64,000 nucleotides of DNA, taken from positions 1,050,575 through 1,114,574 of the forward strand of contig CAVWAP010000004.1 in the NCBI GenBank assembly GCA_963753055.1, written 5' to 3'. Both the position numbers and the translations under genes were made by a program. This stretch comes from an uncultured Bacteroidales bacterium. Its GTDB lineage: Bacteria > Bacteroidota > Bacteroidia > Bacteroidales > B18-G4. Shown in pieces: positions 62,518 through 64,000 of the stretch. Below the pieces are notes generated by a model. It was not told the DNA's origin, did no database searches, and saw only the letters and a list, made by a program, of their open reading frames with translations. Every line of letters starts with the position of its first letter. Within the stretch, counting starts at the first letter, position 1.

Positions 62518-63381
62518 ATGATAAAAGAAAATATATACTACATCATCTTTGTTGTGGGGACACTGCTTATTGCAATTATTCTTTCCGTTGTTTTTAGAAA
62601 AATTGTTAACATCACGGTAAAGAAATATTCAAAAGTTATAAGGACTGACCCGACAAATTTTTCATTTTTGAAAAACGCGATTCCCTTTATTATTTTTACA
62701 ATCGCCTTTATTTTCATTTTCTATAAAATCCCTTTTCTTAAATCCCTGGGAACGGCTTTATTTGCAGGAGCTGGAATATTCGCTGCCATTTTAGGATTTG
62801 CTTCTCAAAAAGCATTTTCCAACATTATTAGTGGCATTTTCATTCTAATGTTCAAACCCTTCAGGGTTGGTGATACGATTGAATTAACAAATAGCAAGAA
62901 AGGGATTGTAGAAGAAATCACATTGAGACATACTGTGATTAGAGATTACGAGAACAGAAGGATAATAATACCTAATAGCCAAATAAGTGATGATGTGATT
63001 ACTAACAGCACTATTAGCGATGAATTAATAAGGAAACATATTGAGTTTGGTATTAGTTATGATTCTGATGCGGATAAGGCCATTCAGATCATTCAGGAAG
63101 AAGCAATGAAACACCCATTTTATATTGATCACAGAACTCATGAAGAAAAATCCAAAAACATTCCATCAGTGTTGGTAAGGATGGTTGGTCTTGGTGACTT
63201 CACAGTAAACCTGCGAGCCTATGTTTGGGCTTCAGGTAATGACAATGCATTCTCATTACAATGTGATTTACTTAAAAATGTTAAAAAACGATTTGATCAT
63301 GAAGGTATCGAAATCCCATTCCCCTATCGCACCATTGTCTATAAAAAAGATATTGAAGAGGAGTCAACCAAGCATAACTAA
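62518..63381 (+). CDS. mscS: MscS-family mechanosensitive channel
   Basis: GFASQ..FSNIISG, KPFRVGD, IIIPNS, GIEIPFP. Confidence 0.92.
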   Translation: MIKENIYYIIFVVGTLLIAIILSVVFRKIVNITVKKYSKVIRTDPTNFSFLKNAIPFIIFTIAFIFIFYKIPFLKSLGTALFAGAGIFAAILGFASQKAFSNIISGIFILMFKPFRVGDTIELTNSKKGIVEEITLRHTVIRDYENRRIIIPNSQISDDVITNSTISDELIRKHIEFGISYDSDADKAIQIIQEEAMKHPFYIDHRTHEEKSKNIPSVLVRMVGLGDFTVNLRAYVWASGNDNAFSLQCDLLKNVKKRFDHEGIEIPFPYRTIVYKKDIEEESTKHN

Positions 63382-64000
63382 AAAGGTTGGATTACACCCT
63401 GGGGCTATTGTTTATACAGGAAGCCCTAAAGAAAGGAAAACTGGGATATCCCTCTTGCAGTACGATGACAAAGAAAGTGAATTCTTCGAAACATTTAGTT
63501 TTCCTGACATTAACGAAAAGATAAACCCTAATTTGGTGAATTGGATCAATTTTGATTCTCTTCACGATATTGACTTGATTACGCTAGCGGGAAGTCATTT
63601 TAACATTCATAATCTGACTTTAGAAGATATAGTCCATGTTGGTCATATGCCTAAAATAGAAGAGTATGAAAATTACCTCTATTTCACCCTGAAAATAATC
63701 AAACCCAATTTTGAGGATGGATCTTTTAATATCGAACATGTCGGTTTTGTAATTATTAAAAATATATTGATCTCTTTTCAGGAAAATAAGGATGATCCAT
63801 TTAATAATATCAGGGACAGGATCAAAACCGGAAAAGGAAAGGCACGCGGACGAGGCTCTGATTATCTTTTATTTTTATTGTTGGATGCGATTATTGACCA
63901 GTACCTACTTTCCATTGAAGCCGTAAACAAACAAATTGCAGATCTGGAAATTGAAATATTTGAAAACCCAAATGAAAAAATTGTTGCTAGAATCATTGAG
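63353..64000 (+). CDS. corA: CorA magnesium/cobalt transporter, running off the window (absent from the ORF track)
   Basis: From TTG 63353: KKVGLHPGAIVYTG..., WINFDSLHD, FNIHNLTLEDI..., ISFQE. Confidence 0.88.
   Translation, partial: MKRSQPSITKKVGLHPGAIVYTGSPKERKTGISLLQYDDKESEFFETFSFPDINEKINPNLVNWINFDSLHDIDLITLAGSHFNIHNLTLEDIVHVGHMPKIEEYENYLYFTLKIIKPNFEDGSFNIEHVGFVIIKNILISFQENKDDPFNNIRDRIKTGKGKARGRGSDYLLFLLLDAIIDQYLLSIEAVNKQIADLEIEIFENPNEKIVARIIE

Overview
A 64 kb chromosomal window from a Bacteroidota genome, probably an anaerobic Bacteroidales (SusC/SusD pairs, many T9SS C-terminal-domain proteins, TAnnTTTG promoters). In order it holds: a solitary tyrosine integrase; a ~19 kb mannoside-type PUL (SusC/D, LamG lipoprotein, three GH130s, an unassigned secreted enzyme, and a complete but scattered sugar ABC importer); a Crp/Fnr-regulated dsrE-tusA-mvhD-hdrA-hdrA-HTH-qmoC-like operon; a run of secreted T9SS and FISUMP proteins; a second SusC/D pair; a hybrid two-component sensor apparently fused to a glycoside-hydrolase-like beta-propeller; an aromatic amino acid decarboxylase; mscS; and corA. 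Several genes are broken by clustered indels that look like consensus errors. The most striking unexplained signal is a repeat layer of 20+ short tandem arrays (7, 8 or 10-11 nt period, each with a different unit). REP-like hairpins are nested inside these arrays, and the arrays enter coding sequence in frame, including the same segment of six T9SS CTDs. In three places composite arrays form direct repeats that bracket one or two accessory genes like cassettes. All calls come from reading the sequence and ORF track only; no database search was run.
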